Shown: positions 12,217-25,771 of the stretch, one piece after another
Layout of the letters: the number at the start of each line of letters is the position of its first letter
Numbering within the stretch: position 1 is the stretch's first letter
From: Microbotryum violaceum
Lineage: Eukaryota
Assembly: GCA_001244265.2 (NCBI GenBank)
Contig: CDLV01000005.1
Span: 992,001 to 1,056,000, forward strand
Direction: 5' to 3'
DNA length: 64,000 bases
The notes under the pieces: model-generated
Seen by the model: the letters and a program-made list of their open reading frames with translations, nothing else
Told to the model about the DNA's origin: nothing
Databases searched by the model: none
Position numbers and translations under genes: made by a program

Positions 12217-14050
12217 TTAATCTGCAGCTTTATTGGACACATACCTCCTCTCTACACTCTTGCGAGCTGTCCAAAAGCTCGCCGCGTATTCATGTCGTAG
12301 TGTTGATCTTTTGTTGGTTGTATAGCTTGTCCGGACTTCACGTTCGTTCTGAGACGGCCAACAAGAGCGGGTGCTCGCATCAATGGCCAAATAAAGTGAG
12401 GAAAACTGCCACTCATAGGGGGAACGCACCTCCAAAACAAAGCCTATCCTTTTAGCGAGTACCTTTACGTCCTCCAAACTCAATTCGATACTGTTGCAAC
12501 CCTCTGTGTTCTCGTAATGCCACAGCGTCGGTCCGCAGTTGATCCAGACCCCATCTTCTTTCAAAAGGCTCCATATCCGCTCGAGGTATTCGACGATATT
12601 TTTGGCCGTGTCGATGAAGAAACAGGTGACAATGACGTCAAAGTGAGCCTGCTGTGACGGTTGTGCGTATATTTCGAGAAAGTCGCCGGCGGCAAAGGAA
12701 AACTCGCCCGAGGATGTCGAGGCGATTGTCGAAGGATCGACATCGGGGATTTGGACCGAGCCTAGGAGATCGGCGTTCGTCCGAATATTTGAAAATGAGT
12801 GAAGGTACGGATGGATTGTGTGTGCGTTGATGGAGGTTGTACTGTGGAAAGAATTCAATACACGATTAGTCTCTGTTTAAAGATCTGCTTATACCGGCGG
12901 ATCTACTTGCTGGTTAAGGATATAGGATGAGACGATGAGCTGTAAACAGAGGTACAACAGGAAATGATCAGACGACTCCCCTCAAATCATCAGCAGCGCT
13001 CAGAGCTGACCATGTAGAGGGAGAACTCGTTGGCTAGGCCAGGAGGGGTGGCGACGAGTTGCTTCAGCTCAAGATGAACGTGCAGAGTCGCTCCAAGAGC
13101 ACAGGACCCACCTTGGCATGTATAACCTGATTTGTTGACGAATTCGACAGCATCAGTCCGCCGGTATATCATTAGCCGTGAACGCATAGCATCGCCTGAC
13201 CTGCATTGACAATCTCCCATGCGAGTCGACCCAAACCGGCTCCGGGGACGAGGACGTTCAACTTGGCCTTGTCCTCGGCTTCATAATGGCCGTACAACTC
13301 TTGGAAAGCATTCAGTATGGGCGTATAAGCGGCCTCCCTTTCGTGTGCACCCTATAAGATCGAGTTCAAGTTCAAATATCAATGGACTGAAGCCGGTGCG
13401 AGCGGACCCCGAATAGCTGACCTCGACACTCCAATCCCGTGCGACCGACCGCAATGTTGACCTCAGCCGCTGCGAGGAGTGGAGAGCAAGATAAGACTGG
13501 GCTATTACTCGGATGCGCCCGTTGATCCGTGTAGAAAAAGTCCAACCTCGTGATCAGGTTCCTGCGGAGCTTCTGCGTCGACGATGTGCTGCGCCGGTGG
13601 AAAAGGGTTGAGTTCGACAACAGCATGCAAGAAATGTGCGTTCTGGCTCAACAACCCATCGACCTTGTTCAACAACTCGGCGTATCCGGGCAAGAGGCGT
13701 CGGTGCTGTGTAGACAGTTGGAAGTAGTCTGCCCGTCGTCTCTGGTTCGCGGAGAGGGCGACTCGGCGATACGAGTCGAATGTCGCTACGACCGTCGCTT
13801 GGTGGTGCGCCTCGGTATCATTGTTAGGAGCTTCGGATTCGGATTCGGTGGCGGTGGTCTGGCTGTCGGGGTCTTCCGTAATGCCCTCATCAGTCATAGG
13901 TGCGACGCCGCGGGTGTAGGGCGGAGGAGGCGCATGTGGGGAGAGCGATGACGGGGAGTGCCCGTGCGAGTGCGAAGGCGATGGCCCGGCGTGTGAGTGC
14001 AAATGACCACCATGTGACCCATGCTGGTGCGAATGGGGATGCGAGTGCAT
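12217..14050 (-). CDS. CARNMT1: Carnosine N-methyltransferase / N2227-like SAM-dependent methyltransferase (multi-exon)
   Basis: IHPYLHSFSN, VQIPDV, AAGDFLEIY, FDVIVTCFFIDTAKNIVEYLERIWSLLKEDGVWINCGPTLWHYE and SIELSLEDV are N2227-family motifs. His-rich N-terminus. Confidence 0.9.
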
Positions 14051-16499
14051 GGCAGCTAGTCGGCGTAGCGTGCTGTGAGTGCGCAAGGAAGTCCTGTACG
14101 TCGCCCAGATTAGAGCACAGCACTTGAAGCTTGGCAGGTTAGGCTGTGGCAGGCAGGTTGCCGCGCCGAAGCTCGCGGAAGTAAAGCGCGCGGGGCGGGA
14201 CGAGGAGAATGCGCCAACAGGTGCTCGAGCCTCGTTGGTTCTCCGTCATTGATTAATCTCGTTCGCAGTCAACCCTAGTCAACCTCTCTCGCTGATGGTT
14301 TCTAAAACAAACAAAACCTTTCCCGGCCCCATCCCCGGTTTTGCCTCCCCTTGTTTACGCTGCCCCGCCGGTTTCTTCGGCGAGGCCGTGTCCGAGTCGT
14401 GGACTCGTGGCCCGGGGAAGCTCGCCCCGTAGCCCAAAGACACTTAAGAAACATTTCTGATACCGAATAAGCACAAAGTGTTGGTCGATCGACGAATTGA
14501 TCGCCAAATTGATAAGTCCGAGGATATTGACTCGCCTCGACGCTTTCGACGAGTCGAGCGGCGATAACCGCCTTGACAAGGTCACGTACGCGCGCACGCG
14601 CCTAAGGCCTCATGTGCGCGGCACGGCACACACGTCGAGTTGACTTATGTTATGAGCGAGCTCCTTCCACTGCACGACGCTCGTGTCCGCATTGTGTATT
14701 GATTGTCTCGATTCATTTCAGCTCTACTTCAGAAAATTGCCAGCCATTCTTTATGTGTCATCATGTTGAGGAGATCAATCCTAGATGATGGATTAGAGAG
14801 ATGGAGACTGTGCAAGAAAAGAGAGGTGAAAACGGACTTGGTCAAGGATCGCGAGCAAGCAAGTATGGATAGGGGTTGGCGTAGTGGGACGCAAGGCGTC
14901 GTTTTACCGTTCTACTGTGCCGTTTTACCGTTTTACCACCCAGAGGAGGTGAGAGCTCGTTTCGACCGTGACGGATCGTAGGTCGAATAAAAGCGGGTGA
15001 ATGACCCCTCCAGCTCGATCAGCACTGACTAAGCCCATGCGCGGTGAGGCCAAATGCATGCTGTATTGATCAAAGTAATGATTATGCACAGACTCGTCAA
15101 TAAAACTGCCTCCTACACACTGGGATGATTCGGTGCTTGTACTTATCGTGGTCACGGGTGCCTGTTCTAATCATCGTCACGAGTTCGAATCTGTAGACTT
15201 GGTCCCAGTTGACCCCTCGGCATGTTTCCCGCTGCCCCCCCATGAGCGTGTGCTGGCTGTACATGGATGTGCACATGGATTCATCGACAAGCATCAACAA
15301 GTTAGCAGACCCTGTGTTCACCTTGCATACAGTCTATGTCATATAGTTGCGTGCACCCCTGTACACCGCTTTGCACGAGTCCAATCGAGGCATCGCTGTC
15401 GCCCGATGCGGTGGTTACCACGAATCACAGGGGTCAGCAAGGCCACAATCCAAGTCGGTCTTTGTCATGAGTGCATAGCGGTGCAAGGGGATGCATTGGG
15501 GTGTATCTATATGCAACGTCGATCTCAAAGGTCTGTCGCTTTAGATAATATGAGAGTCAAATTCATGCACTTGTTTGTGTCCATGTACGGAGGTCCCTCG
15601 GGTGGCCAGCGGTCAGACGGCGGTCTCCTCGCATGGCTGCAAGCGTACCCGTCCACCGACGGTCAAAAGTTTGGTCTCGACCACGCGCTTGCACGTGTAC
15701 GGATGTGTTATTAATTTGAACGGAGGGTTCTCAACTTTTATCATCAAAACGCTCTCCGGCTGTGTAATGAGATGCAGTGTGCCCGTTTTGAAATCGTCGG
15801 CGCCGGCCAGCAAGCGCTTCTGCGTGATTACGGTGATGATGAGTCGCTGCGATGCCCCAGAGTCGGTACGCAACGGTGTGCATTGGATTGCGCACGTTTG
15901 AAATTTTATTTACAAGGTAGGAGCTTCGCTTTACAAGCAAGTGCATTGATGGCCTGTGCACACGCCTCCGAATCAGATTATCTGAGCGCGCGCCGCAGTG
16001 GTTCAGTCGGCGTCGACGTGCATGGGTGTGCATCAGTGTGAACGGGCATGCACCGACCTACTCTTGAAAATTCGTGTAGACCAATTTCTAAACCATTGGA
16101 ATGATCCACACGTCTGTGCAGGTTCATGTGTACGGGCCCCTAGGGAAAAGGAGATGACCGCTTGCGCCACCGAGTCAAAAGCCTCGAAGTGGAATGGCCA
16201 GTGTAGGTGTGGGTACATGAGCACGCATTGTGATACATGGTCGTGATCAGTGGCTTCGTATTAGTTAGGCGCCGGTGAGTCCACCTGACCATGTGCAAAA
16301 GCTCTGATACCTGGCGTTAGTAATAATTTAATCTCTACAGTCCCACAAGTCCTTTCACGATGGACCCGACCCGAAGCGGACATTGCTACACGAACTCCAA
16401 TGGTCAAGGCTATCGTCCCCAGCAAGGCAGAGCGTGGAAGAAGCGTGGCAAGACGAAGTCCACTGCATGAAGGCTGCCCAGCCTGCCTCCAACCAAGAG

Positions 16500-16800
16500 A
16501 CGGTGGTGTTCTCCATCATGGCAGCGGTCGGAGAGACGATCAAAACGCGATTCATCGCTGATACTGGTGCAGACAAACACCACGCCGACGGTGTCGCGAG
16601 TAGCCAATGCGAGACTCGGGTTATGATGTCGAGTTCCGAGTGGTAAGGACCATCGGAGGCGACAGTGTTGGCGATGAACTCTCCCTTGCGTGAGTTGATG
16701 CAGCTCTTGTCGGGTTCGAATGCAACGGAGAGGCCGTTGTTCGCCATTAGTCGAATGGAGAGTAACCCCACAGACGACCCAGGTATAGGGTAGATTGCTT
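16500..16800. mobile_element. Rearranged Ty1/copia protease-region fragments
   Basis: Plus strand FIADTGADKH (16551-16580) is a copia protease-type motif. Minus strand IYPIPGSSVGLLSIRLMANNGLSVAFEPDKSCINSRKGEFIA resembles the segment that normally follows it. Confidence 0.55.
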
Positions 16801-17755
16801 GGAAGGTCTGTACGTACCCGAAATCGTATACGGCAAGTTGGTCGAATGTCCGGGACACGAAATGCTCGTCATACACACCGCTAGTGGTCGTGAGATACTC
16901 CTCAACTTCAAATTGAAGTCTGCGTCAAAGACCCTCTCGGTTGCCGGCTCCGTCTTCGACTCAGGCTCGAGGGGCTTAGAGGTTGGCATGTATAACCTGT
17001 TCCGTTTGATGATGGGTGTCGGAAAAATGTCCTTGGAAGATGGGAAGCAAAGTGCAATGGGGCTCTCATTGGTGTGTGGGGCCAAATTCTTGTGGGGCCG
17101 TATCCGAGAACCTCAGCTGTCCCCTTTTGGTCACGCGGTCACGTTTCGGCTGCCTTAGGGCCAGTTTGCCTTGCAAGTGAAATGCGCCGAAGTCCTGGCA
17201 GCTATTAGACTTTGGCGCCACCTGGAACAGGGGACCGAGCCGAGCTCATTGTTCAATGCATCTGAGAGACTATGGCTGAATGCTTATTTGATGAAGGTGT
17301 TTCATAATGCAATATCTTAAGGAAGTGAGGACAGATAGCTGGCGCGAGAAGCTGAGCAGCGCGAGTTCGCTCGTTGACTCGGATGCACGACCTCAGACCT
17401 CGAAGCGAGAAAATCCGGCGACTCCGATCGATTCGTCATGTTTCGGTCATCGAGGCTACAACCAAAACAAATGGGATGGGACAACCTAGTGCTAATCAAA
17501 GTGAGCTATGGGCAGCTCGATCTTTCCTGTAGCTCAACGTCATGAATTCCCGACTTTAACCTTGATTGAACTGTTGCAGTGCAAGGCTGCAACGTCAACT
17601 TGAAGTTGTGTCGCGTGAAAGGACCGGCAATCTATTCGACGACTCGAGATTGGCCCGGCCGGATGGGGCCTTGAGCGCTCTTGAGCGCGGCTGCCGAGGC
17701 ACTTACCCGGTGCAGCTGTCCTTGCCTCCTCCCCCAACGCAACTTGTGGCCCACC

Positions 17756-20107
17756 ATGTTGTCCCGCTTCAGCACAGTGCCCCTGACGTCTACGATCGCC
17801 AAACGAACGGCGACCGTCGCGGGCACCACCCCCACCACCGCTCGTCTAACCCCCGCGATCGCTTCCCTTTCCAGCACCAACGCCAGCGCTAGCACCAGCG
17901 CTAGCACCAGCCGGACCTTCTCTTCTCAACGCACCGCCCAGCATGATTCTCTTCGCAATACCCAGCTGGCCTCGGCCATGATCTCCTCGGCGCGACTCTT
18001 CTCGACATCGGCACGCACGGCCCAAGCCACGCCCATCGAGGACGAGGAGGCCTTCGATCTGTCCACCGTCGAGCGCGTCGCCGATGAAGTCGATGTGTGC
18101 ATCGTCGGTGGTGGACCTGCGGGGTTATCGGCCGCCATCCGATTGATGAAGAAGGCTCAAGAGGAAGGAAAGGAGATTCGCGTCGTCGTACTCGAAAAGG
18201 GTGCCGAAATTGGTTAGTTTCCCCGCGCCCGGCTCCGAATGATCGATCCGTCGGCGAGTGGCGCTTGCCGCTCAGTTAGCTTTTGACGCTCGAGACTGAC
18301 AATACCATTTATGCTCACACATTCCCGATACTGAATAAACCTGCTTAATTAGGTGCCCACATCTTGTCAGGTGCCGTGATCGAGACGAGGGCCTTGGACG
18401 AGTTGATCCCCGACTGGAAGGAACTCGGCGCCCCGCTCAACCAGGAGGCGACGTCCGATTCGATGCGATGGCTCACCCCGACCGGCTCGTTCCCGATGCC
18501 GCACCCACCGCAGATGTCCAACAAGGGCAACTACGTCATTTCATTGTCCAAGCTCACGCGATGGCTCGCCGAGCAAGCCGAGGAACTCGGCGTCGAGATC
18601 TACCCTGGATTCGCCGGTGCCGAGATCTTGTGGACCGAAGATGGCAAGGGTGTTAAGGGTGTTGTTACCAACGACATTGGCCTCGACAAGAACTTCAAAC
18701 CCAAGGACTCGTTTGAGCCGGGGATGGAGTTCCATGCCAAGGTTACCTTGTTCGCCGAAGGCGCGCACGGATCGCTCTCAAAGAAGGTCATCAATAAGCT
18801 GAATCTGCGCGAGGGCAAGGACCCGCAGACGTATGGATTGGGGGTCAAAGAGGTGTGGAAGATCAAGAAGGAGAAGCACGAACCGGGAAGGATTCAACAT
18901 ACGCTTGGATGGCCGCTCAATAACTCGACCTACGGCGGGACGTGGCTGTACCATATGGAGGATGAGATGGTCTCGCTCGGGATAGTCGTTGGCCTCGACT
19001 ATCCCAACCCGTACATTTCGCCTTTCCGCGAGTTGCAGGTAAGTCGCCATGTTGCTGCGGTAGACACTCAGATCTGGGCAGAGCTGATGAAGATGCATTC
19101 ATTGAGACATGCAGCGACTCAAGCATCATCCGATATTTGCCGATTTACTCGAGGGTGGTGAATGCATCGCATACGGTGCCCGAGCGCTCAACGAGGGTGG
19201 CTACCAGTCGATCCCCAAGCTGTCGTTCCCTGGTGGTGGACTGATCGGTTGTTCAGCTGGTTTCCTCAACGTGCCCAAAATCAAAGGTCAGTTCTGCGTC
19301 TGTCGTCGCGCAATAGGTGTTCGTGCTGACATTTTTCTGGTCGTCAGGCACTCACACGGCTATGAAATCCGGTATTCTGGCCGCTGATGAAACGTTCAAG
19401 GCACTTTCCGCCCTCCCCGAGGACTATGATCAGTCTTCCGCCGAGTCTGTGGATATATCGTCGTACGAGGCCGTCTTTGAGGACTCGTGGGTCGCCAAGG
19501 AGCTCAAGGAGATTCGCAACCTGAGGCCATCGTTCCACAATCCGTTTGGCAACTGGGGTGGTATCATGTACTCGGGGCTGGACTCGCTGATCCTCAAGGG
19601 GCGTGTACCATGGACTTTCCATCACCCTCAAGAAGACTTCGAATCGACCAAGCCTGCGAGGTGAGTTTGACCTTAAACGACCGACGAACAAGTTTTCTCA
19701 CCCCCGAGCTGACCCTTCCTCTCACCGTGAGCAGGGATTTCACACCTATCGACTACCCGGCACCGGACGGCGTTCTCTCGTTCGACATCCTCACGCAAGT
19801 GTCGCGCACAGGCACGAACCACGCCGAGAATCAACCGGTGCACCTGCATCTTAAGGACTCGGCGCGTGCGTCGCATGTGCGCGACAACATAGAGCAGTTC
19901 GATGGTCTGCTCGGACGCGTGTGCCCCGCTGCGGTTTACGAATACCTCGATGCTGACGGAAAAGATGCGGATGCGGTCGGTAAAAAGTTGGTGATCAACA
20001 GCCAGAACTGCATCCATTGCAAGACATGCTCGATCAAGGTGCCGACGCAGGACATTGAATGGCGCGTGCCCGAAGGCTCGGGAGGGCCAAAATACAGCTT
20101 GACCTAA
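17756..20107 (+). CDS. CIR2: Mitochondrial electron transfer flavoprotein-ubiquinone oxidoreductase
   Basis: Mitochondrial presequence; [21 protein letters not shown] motif; [61 protein letters not shown] 4Fe-4S domain (ETFDH). Confidence 0.97.
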
Positions 20108-20567
20108 TTGCGTTTGAGTAGACGGCGCTACGCCATGGAATTGAATGTGAACTCTGGTCTTTGTTACTTCCTCTACTCGCGCGATCCGCTTGGACCTGTC
20201 CCCGCTTGATCAACGTCGGCGAGCTGGCGCAAATACCCTGACGGAATTTCGCTCTGGCGCTGGCAAATAGTTGGTAGCGGACAACCAATTTACCAATATA
20301 GGTCGAAGAACATTACATTAGGTCCTCGCTTGCGCCGGTGCGCCGCTCCTCTCCCTACTCACTACAGTCACATCCCCTGCAGATCGACCTTGTCGTTTCT
20401 TCATCGAGTTACACTTTCGACTGTACTCCTGGTGGTACAGACGCACTAGCCTAGGCCCGTGCAATCACTACCGTGTATTCTGGGTAGCTTTCGCGCGCGC
20501 CTCGACCAGAGTCGACTCGTACGATTGTCTCTGCTTCGGCCTGCTGGGTGACCCTCTGTCCCAGTCG

Positions 20568-23149
20568 ATGCCATCCTTCAACCCGCTCCCGCTCGATTCC
20601 CCGCCAGCCTCCCCTTTGCTCGACCAGATGTCGTCGTTCCAGACGCAAACCAATCTGCGTCGACCACAACACTCGCCGCTGAACCCGTCCAGCAACGGTC
20701 ACGGCGGTGGTGGCGATGGTCGAACCGAGCGCCAAGGCTCAGCCGGGTCCGGGTCGGCATCGTCCTCGGCGGAATCGGCGCACCATCCGATGCATAACAG
20801 TGGCAACCTCGCACGGATGAGCAGGTCCAGTACTGCACCGATCAATTCGATGGGCGTCAGGAGGGGCGATTCGTCTACGTTGGACCATGCCTCGCTCGGT
20901 GAGTTGCGCCCTTCGGATGTGTGTGTGTGTGTGTGTCTGTGCGCTGGGCTCGGTCGTGGCGCGTCCAGTTCACACGCGCGCGCCTGCGCCCGTTGGGAAA
21001 TGCGGTGCTGTTCGCTGGCCCGCCCTGACCGGCCGAGGCGTAGCCATGTGCTGCGATGTGTTTCAATACGCACTCGTCGTGGGGCCATCTGCTATGTCAT
21101 ACGGGCGTTAGGATCATTTTTGCGACTCAGATGCAACGGATGAGCTGAATCTTTTGAGTGATCACCTTCCACAGGCGTCCTGTCCGGCACGATCGGCGGA
21201 TCGTTCGGACCCTTCCCTCGATCATCGACCTTCTCGACCTACGCCGATGGCAAGGCCCCCTTCTCGCGACGTGACTCAATGGCCTCGTCCGATGTCGCAA
21301 TCGACCTTGTCGGTGGTGAACAGGCTTATCTGCCGACGTCCGGCTACCACTACTCTCAGTCGGACAACTCGCTCGCTCAACGCGCCGGGGCGCAGACCCC
21401 GCCTTGGCACGACAACTCGCCCCTCATCGATGGCCCTGTGGCGCAGAACGGCGCCTTCGCACGCCACAACGGAGACTTGCTGTGGACGAAGGAGAATGCA
21501 GCGGATGACGACTACCTCCACGAACCCGATCCGGCCGTCGAGGCGATGATGGACAAGCAGTGGGGAGCACCAAGCTGGCGCGGTCTGTTCAACGTCGGTG
21601 TGCTAACCATCGTCATCGTCGTCATCGTCGGCCTCTTCGCCGGATGGCCCATATACCAATACGTCCTCACGGGCCGCTTCCCGAACAGTGCATCTGGGAC
21701 TGGTATGGCCTGGGGCTGGGGTCCGGGTGGCATCAACGGCTCGGGCCAGGTGCCCAAGATCACCGGGTTGCCTTCGCTCATCGACAAGGATACTCCCCAC
21801 TCGGTCTACACCCGCAAGGGCCATGATGGCAATACGTACAACCTCGTCTTCTCCGACGAGTTCAACGTTCCCGGACGCACGTTCTGGGAGGGAGACGATC
21901 CGTGGTGGGAAGCCGTTGATCTATGGTACTGGGGAACCGTCGATTAGTGAGTCGCCTCGCTCTGGGCCGCCCGTGTCGACATTATACCATCGCCCGATAG
22001 GTAGCTGACATAATATCGACGCCTTCTTTGCTCCTTCTCAGCGAGTGGTATGATCCTGACGCCATAGTCACCAAGAACGGCAAGCTCGAGATCACTCTGA
22101 CGCAAGAACCAATCCATGGGCTCAACTTCCGTTCGGGCATGCTGCAAAGTTGGAACAAGTTTTGCTTCAGTGGTGGTGGTATCATTGAGGTGTCCATGTC
22201 GATGCCCGGTACGAGTAAAGCTATGGGTTTCTGGCCGGGTGTGTGGACGATGGGCAACCTCGGCCGACCTGGTTACGGCGCGTCCAACCACGGCATGTGG
22301 CCCTACACTTACAACTCGTGCGATGTCGGAACGTTGCCAAATCAGACCTGGCCCAACGGAACCTCTCCTGTCGCTGCCAAGACGTCAGGATCCAAAGACT
22401 ACGGTGGCGAGCTCTCGTACCTCCCCGGTCAGCGGGCCTCGGCTTGCACCTGCCCCGGCGAGGATCACCCTGGCCCGAACGTCGGCGTTGGTCGTGGTGC
22501 TCCCGAAATCGATATCAACGAAATGCAAGTCGACTACCGCGGCACGGGATCGACGTCACAGTCGATTCAGTTCGCTCCCATGGACGCTGGCTACCTGTGG
22601 AAGAACACGACCCCGGAGACGGTTATCTACAACCCGAATAAGACGTTCCAGAATCAATGGCAGGGTGCCGTCTACCAAGAGAGTGCGTCGGTCATCACCT
22701 TGACGGATGACACGAGCTACAACGATGCTGGGTACACTCGATTTTCTTACGAGTACACGACTGGACCCGACGGCTTCATCACTTGGGCTGTGAACGACAC
22801 GGCGACATGGACGATTAACGCCGCGGCGATCGGCCCCAATGCGGAGGCCGGCATCGGCCAGCGTCTCATTTCCGAGGAGCCCATGTCGATTATGCTCAAT
22901 TTGGCTATCTCGGACAAGTTTCAGCCTCCTGAATGGAACAAGATCGTTTTCCCAGGCGTGCTGCGCATCGACTTCGTGCGCGTGTGGCAACAAGGCAAGG
23001 GCGACGTCGGTTGCGACCCGAGCCACCACCCCACCGCAGATTACATCAACCGGCATCCCGACATTTACACGAATGCCAACTTGACCCTGTACACTCATAC
23101 CAACTACACGTGGCCCAAGAACCGCCTCAGTGCCACCGGATGCAACTAG
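20568..23149 (+). CDS. KRE6: Beta-1,6-glucan synthesis-associated protein KRE6/SKN1 (GH16)
   Basis: DDYLHEPDP, one TM helix, LIDKDTP, LVFSDEFN, FRSGMLQSWNKFCF, GNLGRPGYGAS, WPYTYNSCDVGTLPNQT, GRGAPEIDINE. Confidence 0.95.
20918..20936. repeat. (GT)n microsatellite in KRE6 intron
   Basis: tgtgtgtgtgtgtgtgtgt run. Confidence 0.8.
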
Positions 23150-23489
23150 ACGTGATTTGGCAGACTTCATTTTCCCTTGCTTTCTCTCGTTTGACTTTGT
23201 GCTGGCGGAATGACCGAACCGCTGTCCCTTGTCTACTCCTTTTTACGACCTCTTCCTTGTCTTTAGTAGTCAAATGCATTGTTCTGATATTCTCCTACTT
23301 TTCACGTATACTGTGCTCCTGCCGAATTGACACTTTCAGCTTCACGAACGCAAGAAAAGGAGATGTGTGGGTCTTCTCGAGGAGCAAAAGCGAGTGTGCT
23401 CGGCCGAGATCGCCGAGCTTGAATTCGATCAACTCCGCCGGTCCATGTGTCGTCTATGCGTTGCTCCCCCATCTCCCATTTTTCGTTCC

Positions 23490-25771
23490 ATGGAGTTCAA
23501 CGAGGGCAATGTCTTGTTGGACTTCGATACCGAAATGCCCGACTCTGAGGACTTGGCCGTCATCGAAGCTGTCGGGGACGTCGATCGCGCAGCAGCTTGG
23601 TCGTACGACATAGTTGGCGCCCCAGGGCGAAATCTCGGCAGTCCTCCCATGGAGAGCTCATTTCAGCAAGCTGGAACCCTTTCCTCTGGGTTACATCATC
23701 TTGAGAAGAATTTAGCGTGGACACTTAAGGCTCCTCGTGTTGCTGCCGACGAAGCTGCAGTCCCTCCAATTGTCAGCCTCGTCACGACCAACAGGCTGGG
23801 CTCAATGGCGGGGAACGATACTGCATTATGTCCCCAAGCCGAACTCCTCCTGATGGACGACTTACACGATTCCAACTTTAGCGACGGTTTGCATACCCAG
23901 AGCTCGTCCGACGCCACTTCATCATTTACGTCCCAGTCATCGCGGTCGTCGATCACTTCAAGCCCGATCGAACTCGAGCTCCTGCATTGCGTCCACAGAT
24001 TCGCGCCGTTCGAAGTGGAGCTTGAACCAGCCGGCCTAGTATCAACCGTCGCATCTCAACCCATCCAGCTTCAAGAAGTGAACCAGCGACGTAACAACTC
24101 CGCTCCTCGCAAAGTCCCTCGGCCTGAAGATTTTGATCCGGGAGGCACGATCTGCGGCTCGAAGCGAATGTGCGGGACAAACGACGGCAAGGTCAACGAT
24201 TACAACCCAAAATGTTGCACTCGTGCGCTAAGCCATCTACCCACCCTTCCGAGTACCCTGGTCTTTCCTGTGGAGCTGCCAGACATTCCTTACCCGAAGA
24301 CGCTGTCGAAGCTCGCCCAATTTCAACTCAGACCAATCGACCGTGGCTTACATGGTGAGGCCAGAAGGTTAGTGTAATTAACATTACTCGACATTGTATT
24401 TTGTTTGGGTCTGACACTCTCGCATCGTGCTCCCGAAGACGTGCAATTATTGGTGCACTCGAGCAGCTGGCGGTGTCGATTTTTGCGCAATTAGTGCAAC
24501 TCGCCTCGCGGGCTCCTTCCCAAATCATGCAGTCAAAGAGAGGATCTGCTATCCGCATTCTCCTCGCCAATCGCGACAAACTTCGGAAAAAAAAGGCTAC
24601 CACTTTCCCGCGCAACATTGGTCGCGATACTGAGCCTAGACTCGGGGGAAGGGAACTAGGTGGGCGAATTGAAGTATCAACGATCAGCGGTGAATGACTA
24701 ACCGGAATACTCTTGACAATTCTCAGCATCTGTCCTGAAAGTCATCGAGTACATTCTTGATGGATTTCACAGAAGCGTCCTCGCCTCCAAACGCGATTAT
24801 TACTACCGAGCCGTTGAGCTCTTCGGCAGGCAGAAAGTCGTGGACGAGGTGAGCTTCGAGCCACACGCACCGCCGACCACATTACGCCAATGCTCACCAT
24901 ACCACAGTATTTGTAGATAGTCGACGATATAGCGGCAACACTGTGCATACGGCGTTCCGAGCTCGGTGTTGGTTCTTCCCCGAAAGGGCTCGTTTCTGGT
25001 CAAATATCGCTCCTTATGTCGAACGCAACGGTGATGCAGGGGTCGACTTCGCGAACGGGAACGCTCATACCACCCATTGACCAAATTATCGGCATTCGAT
25101 ATCCCGCGGATGGGGCCGAAGACTACCCGGGACGCATACGATGGGTCTTGGTGGTCGAAAAAGAAGCCATCTTCTCGGCCCTCTCGTCATCTTCTCTACT
25201 TCTCGACTCTATACTGGGTCGCGGTGTGCTGATCACTGGAAAAGGGTATCCAGACATGGCTACACGACATCTCCTCAAGAAGCTCTCGGTAGATATGCCG
25301 CATACCCCAATTATGGCGCTAGTTGATGCTGACCCGCATGGGATCGAAATTTTGGCAACCTACGCGTGTGGGTCGAGATCATTGCGGCACGAAAAGGAAG
25401 AGCTCGTCATCGACCGTATGGAATACATTGGCGTCAAGCACGACGATCTTCATAACTCCAATATCGATCGGGACAATTTGATTGAGCTCAGTGCGAGAGA
25501 TCGGAAGAAGGCCTTGAATCTGTTGAAACGGGCGGACCTGAAGGATGACTGGAGGTGAGCAAGCCGAGCCGTCGACGAATGGCACAGCAAGTGAACTGGA
25601 CTGATTAGGTGAACCGATGACGATAGGAGAGAGTTGCAACATACACTTCATCGAGGGTACAAAGCAGAGATCGAAATTATAGGAAGCTCGTCGTCCGACG
25701 CCAATAACGACCAAGGACTGCTTAATTATGTGGTCGACCGTGTCAATAGCATGCTGCGCCATTACGCGTGA
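23490..25771 (+). CDS. SPO11: Meiotic recombination protein Spo11/Rec12 (multi-exon)
   Basis: SKRDYYYRAVELFGRQKVVD catalytic-Tyr motif (~24785); VGSSPKGLVSG; TOPRIM motifs WVLVVEKEAIF, LITGKGYPDMATR, LVDADPHGIEILATY; C-terminal GYKAEIE. Confidence 0.95.
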
